Source: Methylobacteriaceae bacterium (GTDB lineage Bacteria > Pseudomonadota > Alphaproteobacteria > Rhizobiales > Beijerinckiaceae). Taken from it: a DNA stretch of 64,000 bases. Below are positions 1 to 8,148 of this stretch, in pieces. Both the position numbers and the translations under genes were made by a program. The notes under the pieces were generated by a model. The model was not told the DNA's origin, did not search any database, and saw only the letters and a list, made by a program, of their open reading frames with translations. The stretch lies in contig JACKJE010000016.1 in assembly GCA_020638135.1 (NCBI GenBank), forward strand, positions 925 through 64,924. The letters are read 5' to 3'. Position 1 is the stretch's first letter. Each line of letters begins with the position of its first letter.

Positions 1-2
1 AC

Positions 3-818
3 CGCATCCAGCCCTACGAGACCACCGCTCGCGCGGTCCAGCTGCTTCGCGCCGCCGGCGCCCAGTCGATCAACATGGACCTGATCTATGGCCTGCCGCG
101 CCAGACGCTCGAGGGGCTCGAAAAGACCATCGACATGGCGCTGGCGCTTGGACCGGACCGGCTCTCGCTGTTTGGCTACGCCCATGTGCCGTGGATGAAG
201 GCGCATCAGAAGCTGATTCGCGAGGAGGAGCTGCCCGGCGCGCGCCTGCGCTATCGCATGCAGCGCCGCGCCGCCGATCTCCTGGAGGAGCGCGGCTGGC
301 GCCGTCTCGGCCTCGACCATTTCGCCCGCCCCGACGACGGTCTCGCCGCCGCCGCCGCCGAAGGGCGGATGCGGCGCAATTTTCAGGGCTATACAACCGA
401 CGAGGCGCCCGTGCTGATCGGCTTCGGCGCTTCCTCGATCGGCCGCATGCCGCAGGGCTATGTGCAGAACGCGTCCGCCGTGCCGCAATGGCGCGAAAAG
501 CTGGAGCGCGGCGAACTGCCGGTGGCGCGCGGCGTCGAAATGACCGCCGACGACCGCTTCCGCGCCGAGATCATCGAACGGCTGATGTGCGATTTCGCGG
601 TCGATCTGGCGGAAGTCTGCGCCGCCCACCATCGTCCGCTCGCCGATCTCGACGGATCCGTCGCGCGACTGGCGCCGATGCAGGCCGACGGCATCGCATT
701 GGTCCATGGGCCGCACGTGGAAGCTACCCAAACCGGCCGCGATTTCATCCGTTCGATCTGCGCCGTCTTCGACGCGCATCTCGAACAGGGCGCGACGCGC
801 CATTCGGCGAGCATCTGA
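3..818 (+). CDS. hemN: oxygen-independent coproporphyrinogen III oxidase, C-terminal part (5' end lies outside the window)
   Basis: Frame is open from the window edge (RIQPYETT...SINMDLIYGLPRQT...FGYAHVPWMKAHQKLI). This matches the typical radical-SAM HemN C-terminal half. Confidence 0.85.
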   Translation, partial: RIQPYETTARAVQLLRAAGAQSINMDLIYGLPRQTLEGLEKTIDMALALGPDRLSLFGYAHVPWMKAHQKLIREEELPGARLRYRMQRRAADLLEERGWRRLGLDHFARPDDGLAAAAAEGRMRRNFQGYTTDEAPVLIGFGASSIGRMPQGYVQNASAVPQWREKLERGELPVARGVEMTADDRFRAEIIERLMCDFAVDLAEVCAAHHRPLADLDGSVARLAPMQADGIALVHGPHVEATQTGRDFIRSICAVFDAHLEQGATRHSASI

Positions 819-1159
819 GCATCGGGGCGGGCGCGGCGAATTCCCCGGCGCAAAGCAAAAGCGACGCCGGCGCGCTTAAAATACATGCGCGCGGGCGTCG
901 CCTGATGCGTCGACCGGAAGTCTCGCCCCCACGAAGCCCTGCCGATCTCCACATATAAAGAATATGTCGGGTCGTGGCCCGCCGCTGTGTGTCGCCTCAC
1001 AATTCGCCAGCGATTGCGGCGGCCACCTCCTGCAGGGTCTGTCGGCACGGCCCGCGCGAGAGCAAATCCCGCAATAGTTTCAGACTTTTGCGACAAGGAA
1101 ATGCGGCGAAAACAGGAGCATGGAGCGCTACGCGCGCTGCCGTGAAAACGTGACGCGCT

Positions 1160-1552
1160 CTATCCGGCCCCGCGCTTCAGCCGTTCGTGCAGATTGTTCT
1201 TGCGGCTCGCGCCGGCCTCGTCGATTTCCTGGATCTCGACCGACAGCGACAGGCCTCGCTTGGCGAACGCATCCGCCGTAATGTCGGCCAGCGTCGCCAG
1301 TACCGCCTGCGAAACGCGCCTGCGCGTTTCCTCGTCGCGTCCGCGCCCGACGCGGATCAGGATCGCGCAAAAGGCGTTCGACGGATCGCCGTCGGCGACG
1401 CGATAGACGTCGCGCCGTTCGGCGCGCGTGCGCACGCCGCCGATCGGGAAGACGCCGGTCGCGACGATCGTCGCGTGCACGCGATCGACAAGGTCGCGCG
1501 GCGAGACGTCCTCTTCCAGATTGGCGGAATATTCGATGATCACATGCGGCAT
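1160..1552 (-). CDS. 5-carboxymethyl-2-hydroxymuconate isomerase-like tautomerase
   Basis: 130 aa beginning MPHVIIEYSANL. Length and N-terminal Pro1 match CHMI/HpcD-type tautomerases as I remember them. Confidence 0.7.
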   Translation of the reverse strand: MPHVIIEYSANLEEDVSPRDLVDRVHATIVATGVFPIGGVRTRAERRDVYRVADGDPSNAFCAILIRVGRGRDEETRRRVSQAVLATLADITADAFAKRGLSLSVEIQEIDEAGASRKNNLHERLKRGAG

Positions 1553-1568
1553 GCCGCGCGCCCCGCGC

Positions 1569-1898
1569 TCACTGGACTGTGGAAAAAGCCGTCGGCTTCA
1601 GGAAGGAATTGACGATGTTGGACAGGATCGGCCCGTCCTTCTCGCTTTCCGCGCGCTTGGCGATCCATTCGGGGTCGGTCGCAAAGGCCATCCATTTCGT
1701 CTCGCGCTCGGCCATCGATTCCCAGCGCAGCATATAGGTGAGCTGGAGATTGGATTCGCCGACCTCCGTCGTCCAGAACCCCGCCGGCTCGATGCCGTGA
1801 CGCTTCCACAGGTCGAGCGTCGTCTGCTCGAAACGCTGCAGCAGCGCCGGCATGCGGCCGGGCAGGCAGCGGTAGACCCGCATTTCGTAGATCGCCAT
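1569..1898 (-). CDS. NIPSNAP family protein
   Basis: MAIYEMRVYRCLPGRMPALLQRFE...WKRHGIEPAGFWTTEVGESN is a typical NIPSNAP pattern. Start placed at the internal Met15 of the ORF. Confidence 0.65.
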   Translation of the reverse strand: MAIYEMRVYRCLPGRMPALLQRFEQTTLDLWKRHGIEPAGFWTTEVGESNLQLTYMLRWESMAERETKWMAFATDPEWIAKRAESEKDGPILSNIVNSFLKPTAFSTVQ

Positions 1899-1933
1899 GT
1901 CTCCTCCCCGTCCCCTTGTCGCGCCTTGGTGCG

Positions 1934-2032
1934 CCCTCATGCTGAGGAGCAGGCGAAGCCTGCGTCTCGAAGCATGGAGACTGCGGCCATCCTTCGAGAC
2001 GCGATGCTACGCATCGCTCCTCAGGATGAAGG
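1934..2032. repeat. inverted pair of ~45-bp structured intergenic repeat units (family 1)
   Basis: Unit 1934-1977 is the exact reverse complement of unit 61727-61770. Unit 1987-2032 is the reverse complement of unit 5343-5388 apart from one base. Confidence 0.9.
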
Positions 2033-2054
2033 CGCGTGTGTCGTTCTCTCCCGT

Positions 2055-2882
2055 TCAGCCGTCGAGGCCGAGCAATATGGTTGGAACATTGGCGGTCCCG
2101 TCGCGCAAGGTGCAGACATGCGAGCCGGGTCTGCGCCCCTTGCGCGTCTCGGACAGATTGCGGCCGGCCGACAGCAATCGATCGCGCGTCGCCGCAATGT
2201 CGGGAACGCGCCACGACAGGCCGCCGAACCAGTCCGGCTTCTGCGACACCCCGCCCTTCAGCTCGTGGGCGATTTCCACCACCAGATCGCCGCAACGGAA
2301 GAACAGCAGCCGCGCCCCCCAGGCCGGATTGGACCGGTCGAGGCGCATGTCGAAGCCGAGCCGCGCGCCATAGAGCGCGACCGCGCGCTCCGGATCGGCC
2401 GTGCGGATGACGACATGGTCGAGCCCGGAGGCGGCGTCTACGGCGCCGTGGATCGGCGCCGGCCTCGGCGCGGCGAGCAGGATCGATTCGATTCCGTGCG
2501 TCGCCGCAACTGGAAGATTGCGCGCGCGAACCCCGTTTGCCGCGCCGTTCGCCTCGACCGCGCGCGCATATTCCGCCCCCGGCGCGAGCCCGCGCCGCTC
2601 GAACAGATTTGCCGTCTTGTCGAGATCGTCGACGCAATAGCCGATCGCCCACAGGCCCTCGCCGGCCGCCGCGAGCCGCGCGCGCACGGCGTCGCCCGGC
2701 GCTCCCGCGCCATCAGGCGCAATCAGCGCAAACCTTATGTTGGCGGTCGAGAACCATGCCTGCCGCGTTCCCTGCGCCGCGATGACGCCGTCGGGCGCGC
2801 GGCCGAACAACAGCGCATAGTCGCGCGATGCGGCGTCGAGATCGCCCGTCGCCAGCGCGATGTGATGGATGGACGTGATCAT
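2055..2882 (-). CDS. VOC (glyoxalase/bleomycin resistance/extradiol dioxygenase) family protein, two-domain
   Basis: 275 aa. MITSIHHIALATGDLDAA and a second LDHVVIRTADPERA module are typical VOC beta-alpha-beta-beta-beta repeats. Confidence 0.7.
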   Translation of the reverse strand: MITSIHHIALATGDLDAASRDYALLFGRAPDGVIAAQGTRQAWFSTANIRFALIAPDGAGAPGDAVRARLAAAGEGLWAIGYCVDDLDKTANLFERRGLAPGAEYARAVEANGAANGVRARNLPVAATHGIESILLAAPRPAPIHGAVDAASGLDHVVIRTADPERAVALYGARLGFDMRLDRSNPAWGARLLFFRCGDLVVEIAHELKGGVSQKPDWFGGLSWRVPDIAATRDRLLSAGRNLSETRKGRRPGSHVCTLRDGTANVPTILLGLDG

Positions 2883-2893
2883 GTGGAGGCGGG

Positions 2894-3154
2894 TTATTTG
2901 CTCTTGGACTTGTCGCCGGCCGTGGCCGCGCCCTTGGTGAAGGCGGAGAAGAAGGAGCCCAGCAATTCACGGTTGGCGCTCATCAAGGGCATCCACGCCT
3001 CGAACAGCTTCTCGGGCGTATAGGTCTCCATCTCTTTCATCAGGCGCTTTTCCATGGCGTCCATCACCGCCGCCTGCATCGGCTGGACGTCGGGCAGTCC
3101 GAAGAACTGACGCGCTTCGAGCGGGGTGCAGTCGATGTCGATCGTCACCTTCAT
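2894..3154 (-). CDS. small conserved hypothetical protein (86 aa)
   Basis: Internal Met MKVTIDIDCTPLEARQFFGLPDV has non-Arg-rich, protein-like composition. The upstream part of the ORF looks like non-coding read-through. Confidence 0.45.
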   Translation of the reverse strand: MKVTIDIDCTPLEARQFFGLPDVQPMQAAVMDAMEKRLMKEMETYTPEKLFEAWMPLMSANRELLGSFFSAFTKGAATAGDKSKSK

Positions 3155-3330
3155 GCCTATCCCCTTGCGATCATTGGCCGGTTGGGCGGGAGAGCCCGAG
3201 CGTGACGATAGGGCTCCCCGCGCCCGCGCGCAAACCGGGCGGCCGACGCCGGCTTTTCCAGACCAGCGCGCCCATTGCGGCCGGCGCCCGACCATGCCAT
3301 TGATCACATATATTCGAATGGGAGAATACA

Positions 3331-3723
3331 ATGACTACTGTTCCGCTGCGCCGCGGCTTCAAGCAGATGCTCGCCGAGGCCAACGCCACCATCGAGACGA
3401 TCGACGTCCAGCACGCCCTGCGCCTCGTCGGCGACGCCAGCGTCCAGTTCGTCGACATCCGCGAGGCGCACGAGGTCGCCCAGACCGGCACGCTGCCGGA
3501 CGCGGTCCATGCGCCGCGCGGCTTCCTCGAATTCCTCGCAGATCCCGAATGTCCGATGCACAACAAGGCGCTGGCTGGCCGCAAGCTCGTCCTGCTCTGC
3601 GCTACCGGCGGTCGCTCGACGCTCGCCGCCAAGACGCTGCAGGACATGGGGATCTCCGATGTGTGCCACGTCGCCGGCGGCATCGCCGCTTGGTCAGCGG
3701 CCGGCGGTCCGATCCAAAAGTAA
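3331..3723 (+). CDS. rhodanese-like sulfurtransferase domain protein
   Basis: 130 aa with an active-site loop CATGGRS and a typical rhodanese fold pattern (VDIREAHE...G.LP.A.H.PRG). Confidence 0.85.
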   Translation: MTTVPLRRGFKQMLAEANATIETIDVQHALRLVGDASVQFVDIREAHEVAQTGTLPDAVHAPRGFLEFLADPECPMHNKALAGRKLVLLCATGGRSTLAAKTLQDMGISDVCHVAGGIAAWSAAGGPIQK

Positions 3724-3780
3724 GCCGCTGCGTCGTCCTGTCGTTTGACAGGCCGGCGCCCGTCTGATTTCCATCGAGCC

Positions 3781-4158
3781 ATGCTCGACCGTTTGCGTCA
3801 TGTGCGCCTCTCGGCGATTGCGCTCGCGCTTTATGCGCTGGCGACGCTCACGGTCGGCTTCGCCCATAAGCCGATCGCGCTCGCCGGCCCCGAACCGGCG
3901 CTCGCGGCCCTGGCGCTCCACGACGACGCGCCACTCTCGCTCTGCGATCATGATGGCGGCGCGCCGGTCCACCATCAGGCCAGCGATGGCGTCTGCGACG
4001 CCTGCGCCCTGACCTCGGCCCCCGGCCTGCCGCCGGCGGATCAATGCGTCGTGCCCACGCCGCGCGGACGCAAACTTGCCCTTTCCTTCGACGCCGAAGC
4101 GCAATTTGCCCCGGCGACCCTGCATGCGCCGCTGTCGCGCGGACCGCCGGCCGCCTGA
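3781..4158 (+). CDS. DUF2946-like Cys-containing membrane protein, copper-cluster associated
   Basis: N-terminal hydrophobic helix and a CDAC motif. It sits directly upstream of the PCuAC and SCO genes. Start is uncertain (3745 or 3781). Confidence 0.5.
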   Translation: MLDRLRHVRLSAIALALYALATLTVGFAHKPIALAGPEPALAALALHDDAPLSLCDHDGGAPVHHQASDGVCDACALTSAPGLPPADQCVVPTPRGRKLALSFDAEAQFAPATLHAPLSRGPPAA

Positions 4159-4244
4159 ACCGGCGCCTTCGCGCATCGCAAGCCGACAATCGACTATCCC
4201 AGGCCGCGCCGTGCGCCGGCCGACCAGACATTCAGGATCATCCC

Positions 4245-4718
4245 ATGAAGACCGTTCTCAAGACCGCCTGCGCGGCCCTGCTCCTTGCCGGCGCGATCGG
4301 CTCCGCCCACGCTGGCGACATTTCGCTCGAACATCCCTGGTCGCGCGCGACCCCGGCCGGCGCGCCGGTCGGGGCGGGCTATGTCACGCTCAAGAATGCC
4401 GGCGCCGCCCCGGACAAACTGATTTCTGCAACGGCGCCCGACGTCGCGGGGAAAGTCGAAGTTCACCAAATGACCATGGACGGCGGCGTGATGAAGATGC
4501 GCCCGATCAACGGCCTCGAAATCCCGGCCGGCAAGAGCGTGGAATTGAAGCCCGGCGGCTACCACATCATGTTCATGCAGCTGAAGAAGCCGCTCGTCGC
4601 TGGCGAAACGGTCAAGGGAACGCTCTCTTTCGAGAAGGCTGGCGCCGTGCCGGTCGAATTCAAGATCGAGGCGATCGGCGCGGGCGCTGGCGGCATGCCC
4701 GGCCACAAGGGGCATTGA
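4245..4718 (+). CDS. periplasmic copper chaperone PCu(A)C (DUF461)
   Basis: Signal peptide MKTVLKTACAALLLAGAIGSAHA, then HPWSRATP...GAGY.TL.N and the H-x-M/MxM motif VEVHQMTMDGGVMKMR. Confidence 0.85.
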   Translation: MKTVLKTACAALLLAGAIGSAHAGDISLEHPWSRATPAGAPVGAGYVTLKNAGAAPDKLISATAPDVAGKVEVHQMTMDGGVMKMRPINGLEIPAGKSVELKPGGYHIMFMQLKKPLVAGETVKGTLSFEKAGAVPVEFKIEAIGAGAGGMPGHKGH

Positions 4719-4723
4719 GAACC

Positions 4724-5305
4724 TTGACGCGACTGGCTCTCATTCTCTGGTCGGCGGCGGCTCTGGCCGCCGTCGCCTTCGCCGGCCTGTTCTGGTTCAC
4801 GTCCGGCGGTCCGCCGACGCCGGCCATCGGCGGCCCCTTCCGGCTGAAAAGCCAGACCGGCGAAATGATCGACAGCGCCGCGCTGAAGGGCAGGCCCTAC
4901 GCCATCTTCTTCGGCTTCACCCATTGCCCGGAAGTCTGCCCGACCACCATGGTCGACATGGCCGCGCTGATGGCCAAGCTCGGGCCTGCGGCGAAGGATT
5001 TCAAAATCTATTTCGTCAGCGTCGATCCCGAGCGCGATACGCCGGAAGTCCTGCGCAACTATCTCTCGTCTTTCGAGCCGCATGTCGTCGGTCTGACCGG
5101 AACGCCGGACGAGATCGCCAAGGTGGCCAAGGAATTCCGCGTCTACTATCGCAAGACGCCGCTCGACGGCGGCGACTATACGATGGACCATTCCGCCTTC
5201 GTCTATCTGATGGGCAAGGACGGCGGATTCCGCAACGTGATCGGCTATCAGGAAAAGCCCGATCGCGCGCTGGAAAAGCTGAAGAGCCTGCTCGAGAAGG
5301 GCTGA
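4724..5305 (+). CDS. SCO1/SenC family copper chaperone (thioredoxin fold)
   Basis: FGFTHCPEVCPTT CxxxC motif plus DHSAFVYLM. TM anchor at the N-terminus. The only plausible start is TTG at 4724, 6 nt after the PCuAC stop, so the start is uncertain. Confidence 0.8.
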   Translation: MTRLALILWSAAALAAVAFAGLFWFTSGGPPTPAIGGPFRLKSQTGEMIDSAALKGRPYAIFFGFTHCPEVCPTTMVDMAALMAKLGPAAKDFKIYFVSVDPERDTPEVLRNYLSSFEPHVVGLTGTPDEIAKVAKEFRVYYRKTPLDGGDYTMDHSAFVYLMGKDGGFRNVIGYQEKPDRALEKLKSLLEKG

Positions 5306-5342
5306 GGCGCGTTACGCGTCTCGCGCCGAACACCTGCCCGCA

Positions 5343-5457
5343 CCCTCATCCTGAGGAGCGATGCGTAGCATCGCGTCTCGAAGGATGGCCGGAGCCCGAG
5401 ACGCTGAATCATGCTTCGAAACGCCGCGCTGTGCGCGCGGCTCCTCAGCATGAGGGG
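5343..5457. repeat. inverted pair of family-1 structured repeat units
   Basis: Units 5343-5388 and 5410-5457 share the conserved flanks CCCTCATNNTGAGGAGC and GTCTCGAANNATGG, with a variable inner hairpin. Confidence 0.9.
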
Positions 5458-5498
5458 CGTGGAAATGCCGCGCATTTCGAGCCAGGCGCCGACGCGCC

Positions 5499-6896
5499 TC
5501 AGGTCGCCCATTCGTGCACGGGCGCGCCGGAGCGCTGGCCCTCGCAATAGGCTGCCATCATTGCAAACAGTTCGCCGCGCTTTTCGAGCGCGCGCCGTTG
5601 CCAGACGGCGCCCGTCTGACGCGTGCGCACGCGCGCTTCGATCACGTCGAGAAAGCCGCTTTCCTTCACGCCAAAGTCCGCCAGCCCGTCGCGCGCGAGC
5701 GGAATGAGACGTTCCAAGAGCAGCCTGTCGGCGGCGATCGCGCCGACGCCCGGCCAGTTCAGCTGCGCGTCGAGCCCATGGCGCGCGGCGGCGTAGAAGT
5801 TCGCCACCGCGTCGTCGAACGACAGCCCGCCGGTTCCAAACCTGCAGCCGACCGCCAGTGCGCGGGCGAGGCCGAGATAAAGGGCCGCATTGGCGATCAT
5901 GTCGGCCAGCGTCGGACCGGCGGGCAGGATGCGATGCTCGATGCGCAGGTGCGGCGAGCCGTCCGCATCGAAACCGACGAGCGGGCGGTTCCAGCGCCAG
6001 ATCACGCCGTTATGCAGCCGCAGATGCCGGAACTCGCCGGCCGGCGCATCGAAGGCCATCGGCAGCAGCGGCTCGTAGACGCGATGGTTCTCCTCGAAAA
6101 TCTCGAACAGCGAATGCGTCGCATAGCCGGAGCCCATCGATACGCGCGGCGGGCCGGGCAGGACGACCGCCTGCTCGAACAGGGGAATGCGCGTCTCCTC
6201 CCACAGCGCCCTGCCGAACAGAAGAGGCGAGTTGCCGGCGACCGCCAGCACCGGCCCTGAAGCAGCGATCGACGCATTGTAATAGGCGCGCGAATCCTGC
6301 GCCGGCGCCTTGAGATGAATCTGGAACGAGGTCGTGGCGGCTTCCAGCATCACGTCGCAATGTTCCGACACGAGATGGTCGCGGCCCGCGATGTCGACGC
6401 GCAATGGCCGGCCGCGTCGCTGGCGCAGCACTTCGCGGTTGAGCGCGTAGTAGCGGTTGAGCGGCGAGATATTGGCGAGACTCATGTCCTCGTCGCGGAT
6501 CGTCGGCAGCGTGCCGATCATCACGAGATTGGCGTCGAGCCGATGCGCCGTTTCGTTGCAGCGCGCCCAGAGTTTCGCGAGATCGGCAAGCGCGCGCGAA
6601 AGAACGTCGCCCGACAGCGCCAGCGGCTCGCAATTCAATTCGACATTGAAGCGCGACAGTTCCGGCACGACCAGGGGATCGTCGAGCGCTTCAAGCACCT
6701 GCTGATTGATCGGCGCCGGGAAATGATTGTGATCGAGAATCCAGGTCTCGATCTCGAAGCCGAGCATCGGATCGGTATGCGAAAGGCGATCCCCGGCGAA
6801 GGCCTCGCGCAGCAGCCGCGTCTCCTGTCCGAGACGCTCCGCAAAACGCGCCTTGTCCTCGCGTGAGAAACCCCGAGCCTCGATTTCCTCGCCCAT
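5499..6896 (-). CDS. glutamate-cysteine ligase family 2 (GCS2) type carboxylate-amine ligase, possibly gamma-glutamylcysteine synthetase
   Basis: 465 aa. LGFEIETW...ELSRFNVELNCEP...TSFQIHL pattern resembles GCS2/YbdK-like ligases. The exact substrate is not determinable here. Confidence 0.6.
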   Translation of the reverse strand: MGEEIEARGFSREDKARFAERLGQETRLLREAFAGDRLSHTDPMLGFEIETWILDHNHFPAPINQQVLEALDDPLVVPELSRFNVELNCEPLALSGDVLSRALADLAKLWARCNETAHRLDANLVMIGTLPTIRDEDMSLANISPLNRYYALNREVLRQRRGRPLRVDIAGRDHLVSEHCDVMLEAATTSFQIHLKAPAQDSRAYYNASIAASGPVLAVAGNSPLLFGRALWEETRIPLFEQAVVLPGPPRVSMGSGYATHSLFEIFEENHRVYEPLLPMAFDAPAGEFRHLRLHNGVIWRWNRPLVGFDADGSPHLRIEHRILPAGPTLADMIANAALYLGLARALAVGCRFGTGGLSFDDAVANFYAAARHGLDAQLNWPGVGAIAADRLLLERLIPLARDGLADFGVKESGFLDVIEARVRTRQTGAVWQRRALEKRGELFAMMAAYCEGQRSGAPVHEWAT

Positions 6897-6962
6897 GCCA
6901 GCCTCGCCGATCGGCGCAGTCTAGCGGCGTTTGCGGCAGTCGTAACCGGGGATCGCGCCCGC

Positions 6963-8072
6963 CTAATCCTCCGCCTTCCGCAATCGCGGCGCGGCATGCG
7001 GTCGCGGATTGACCGGCGTCGCGCTGAACCGCGCGGGATGGCGCGCGGTGCGCACGCGGCCGAGATCGGCGGCGTCGATCTCGACGAAATTGCCATTCTC
7101 CTGCGCCTGCGGATCGTGCAGCAGGTCCTCGCGCAAATTCACCCGCCCGCCCGGCGCGTCCTCATGCGCCAGCCGCGCGTCGAGTTCGGCGGTCGTGAAC
7201 GACGCGATCTTCGCCTCCATGATCTCGCGATAGGCGACGCGGTTCGCCATGCGCAGCGTCGGCGTTGCAAACCGCGGGTCGTGATAGAGCTCCGGCGACT
7301 CGACGGCGCGGCACAAAGCCTCGAACTCCACCTGCTGCAAGGCCGACAGCGACACGTGCCCGTCGCGCGTCTGCCACAGCCGATAGCTCGTCGAGACTTC
7401 CGGCGAAGGCTCCGGCGGACTGTCGAGAAAGGCATGGTTCCACATGCCCTCCGGCCAGTTGAAGGCGAGCGCGACATCGAACATGGCGACCTCGACATGC
7501 TGGCCCTTGCCGGTCGTCGCGCGCGCAACGAGCGCGGCCGTGATCGCCTGCGCGGCGATCAGCGCGGTGACCTTGTCGCACACGTAGGAACGCACCAGCT
7601 CCGGTTCGCCGGACGGTCCCGCCTGGCAGGCCGCAAAACCGGCAAGCGCCTGCACAACGGAATCATAGGCGCGCGATTTCGCGCGAGGACCATGCGCGCC
7701 GAAGCCGGAGATCGAGCAATAGACGAGGCGCGGATTGCGCGCGGCGACCGCCTCGTAGCCGAAGCCGAGACGTTCCGCGACGCCCGGCCGGAAGTTTTGC
7801 ACGAGCACATCGGCCTTCTCGATCTCGGCCCAGACGCGCGCGCAATCCTCCTTGCTCTTGAGATCGGCGACGAGCGCCTGCTTGCCGCGATTGACCGCGA
7901 AATAGAGCGCGCTCATGTCCTCCTTGCGCGGCCCGATCAGCCGCGAGGGATCGCCCTTGGCATCCTCCACCTTGATGACCTCGGCGCCCTGATCGGCCAG
8001 CCACGCGGCCGCGAGCGGCCCCGAGATCACCTGGCTCATGTCGACGACGCGCACGCCCTTCAGCGGTCCCAT
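6963..8072 (-). CDS. CoA-transferase family III (CaiB/BaiF) protein
   Basis: MGPLKGVRVVDMSQVISGPLAAAWLADQGAEVIKVE is a typical family III N-terminus. 369 aa. Confidence 0.85.
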   Translation of the reverse strand: MGPLKGVRVVDMSQVISGPLAAAWLADQGAEVIKVEDAKGDPSRLIGPRKEDMSALYFAVNRGKQALVADLKSKEDCARVWAEIEKADVLVQNFRPGVAERLGFGYEAVAARNPRLVYCSISGFGAHGPRAKSRAYDSVVQALAGFAACQAGPSGEPELVRSYVCDKVTALIAAQAITAALVARATTGKGQHVEVAMFDVALAFNWPEGMWNHAFLDSPPEPSPEVSTSYRLWQTRDGHVSLSALQQVEFEALCRAVESPELYHDPRFATPTLRMANRVAYREIMEAKIASFTTAELDARLAHEDAPGGRVNLREDLLHDPQAQENGNFVEIDAADLGRVRTARHPARFSATPVNPRPHAAPRLRKAED

Positions 8073-8090
8073 GTTGTTCCTCTTGTCTGG

Positions 8091-8139
8091 ACCGCGAGCC
8101 TTCAGGCTCGCATGACGACCGCGAGCCTGAAGGCTCGCG
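8091..8139. repeat. pair of perfect hairpin repeat units (family 2)
   Basis: ACCGCGAGCCTTCAGGCTCGC, then a 6-nt spacer, then ACCGCGAGCCTGAAGGCTCGCG. The same architecture recurs at 53935-53995. Confidence 0.9.
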
Positions 8140-8148
8140 TTCCCTTTC

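Noticed and set aside
70-1096. Arg-rich ORFs overlapping hemN (70-396 minus, 191-958 plus, 458-1096 minus)
   Set aside because: They are alternative-frame or antisense artefacts of the hemN coding region. Poly-Arg/Pro composition is characteristic of non-coding frames in GC-rich DNA.
4924-5550. ORFs running through the repeat loci (for example 4924-5550, 5248-5547, 1897-2373, 10311-10859), whose translations contain PHPEERCVASRLEGWP-like strings
   Set aside because: The recurring peptide strings arise from translating the family-1 intergenic repeat units. The ORFs overlap real genes in other frames or on the other strand.
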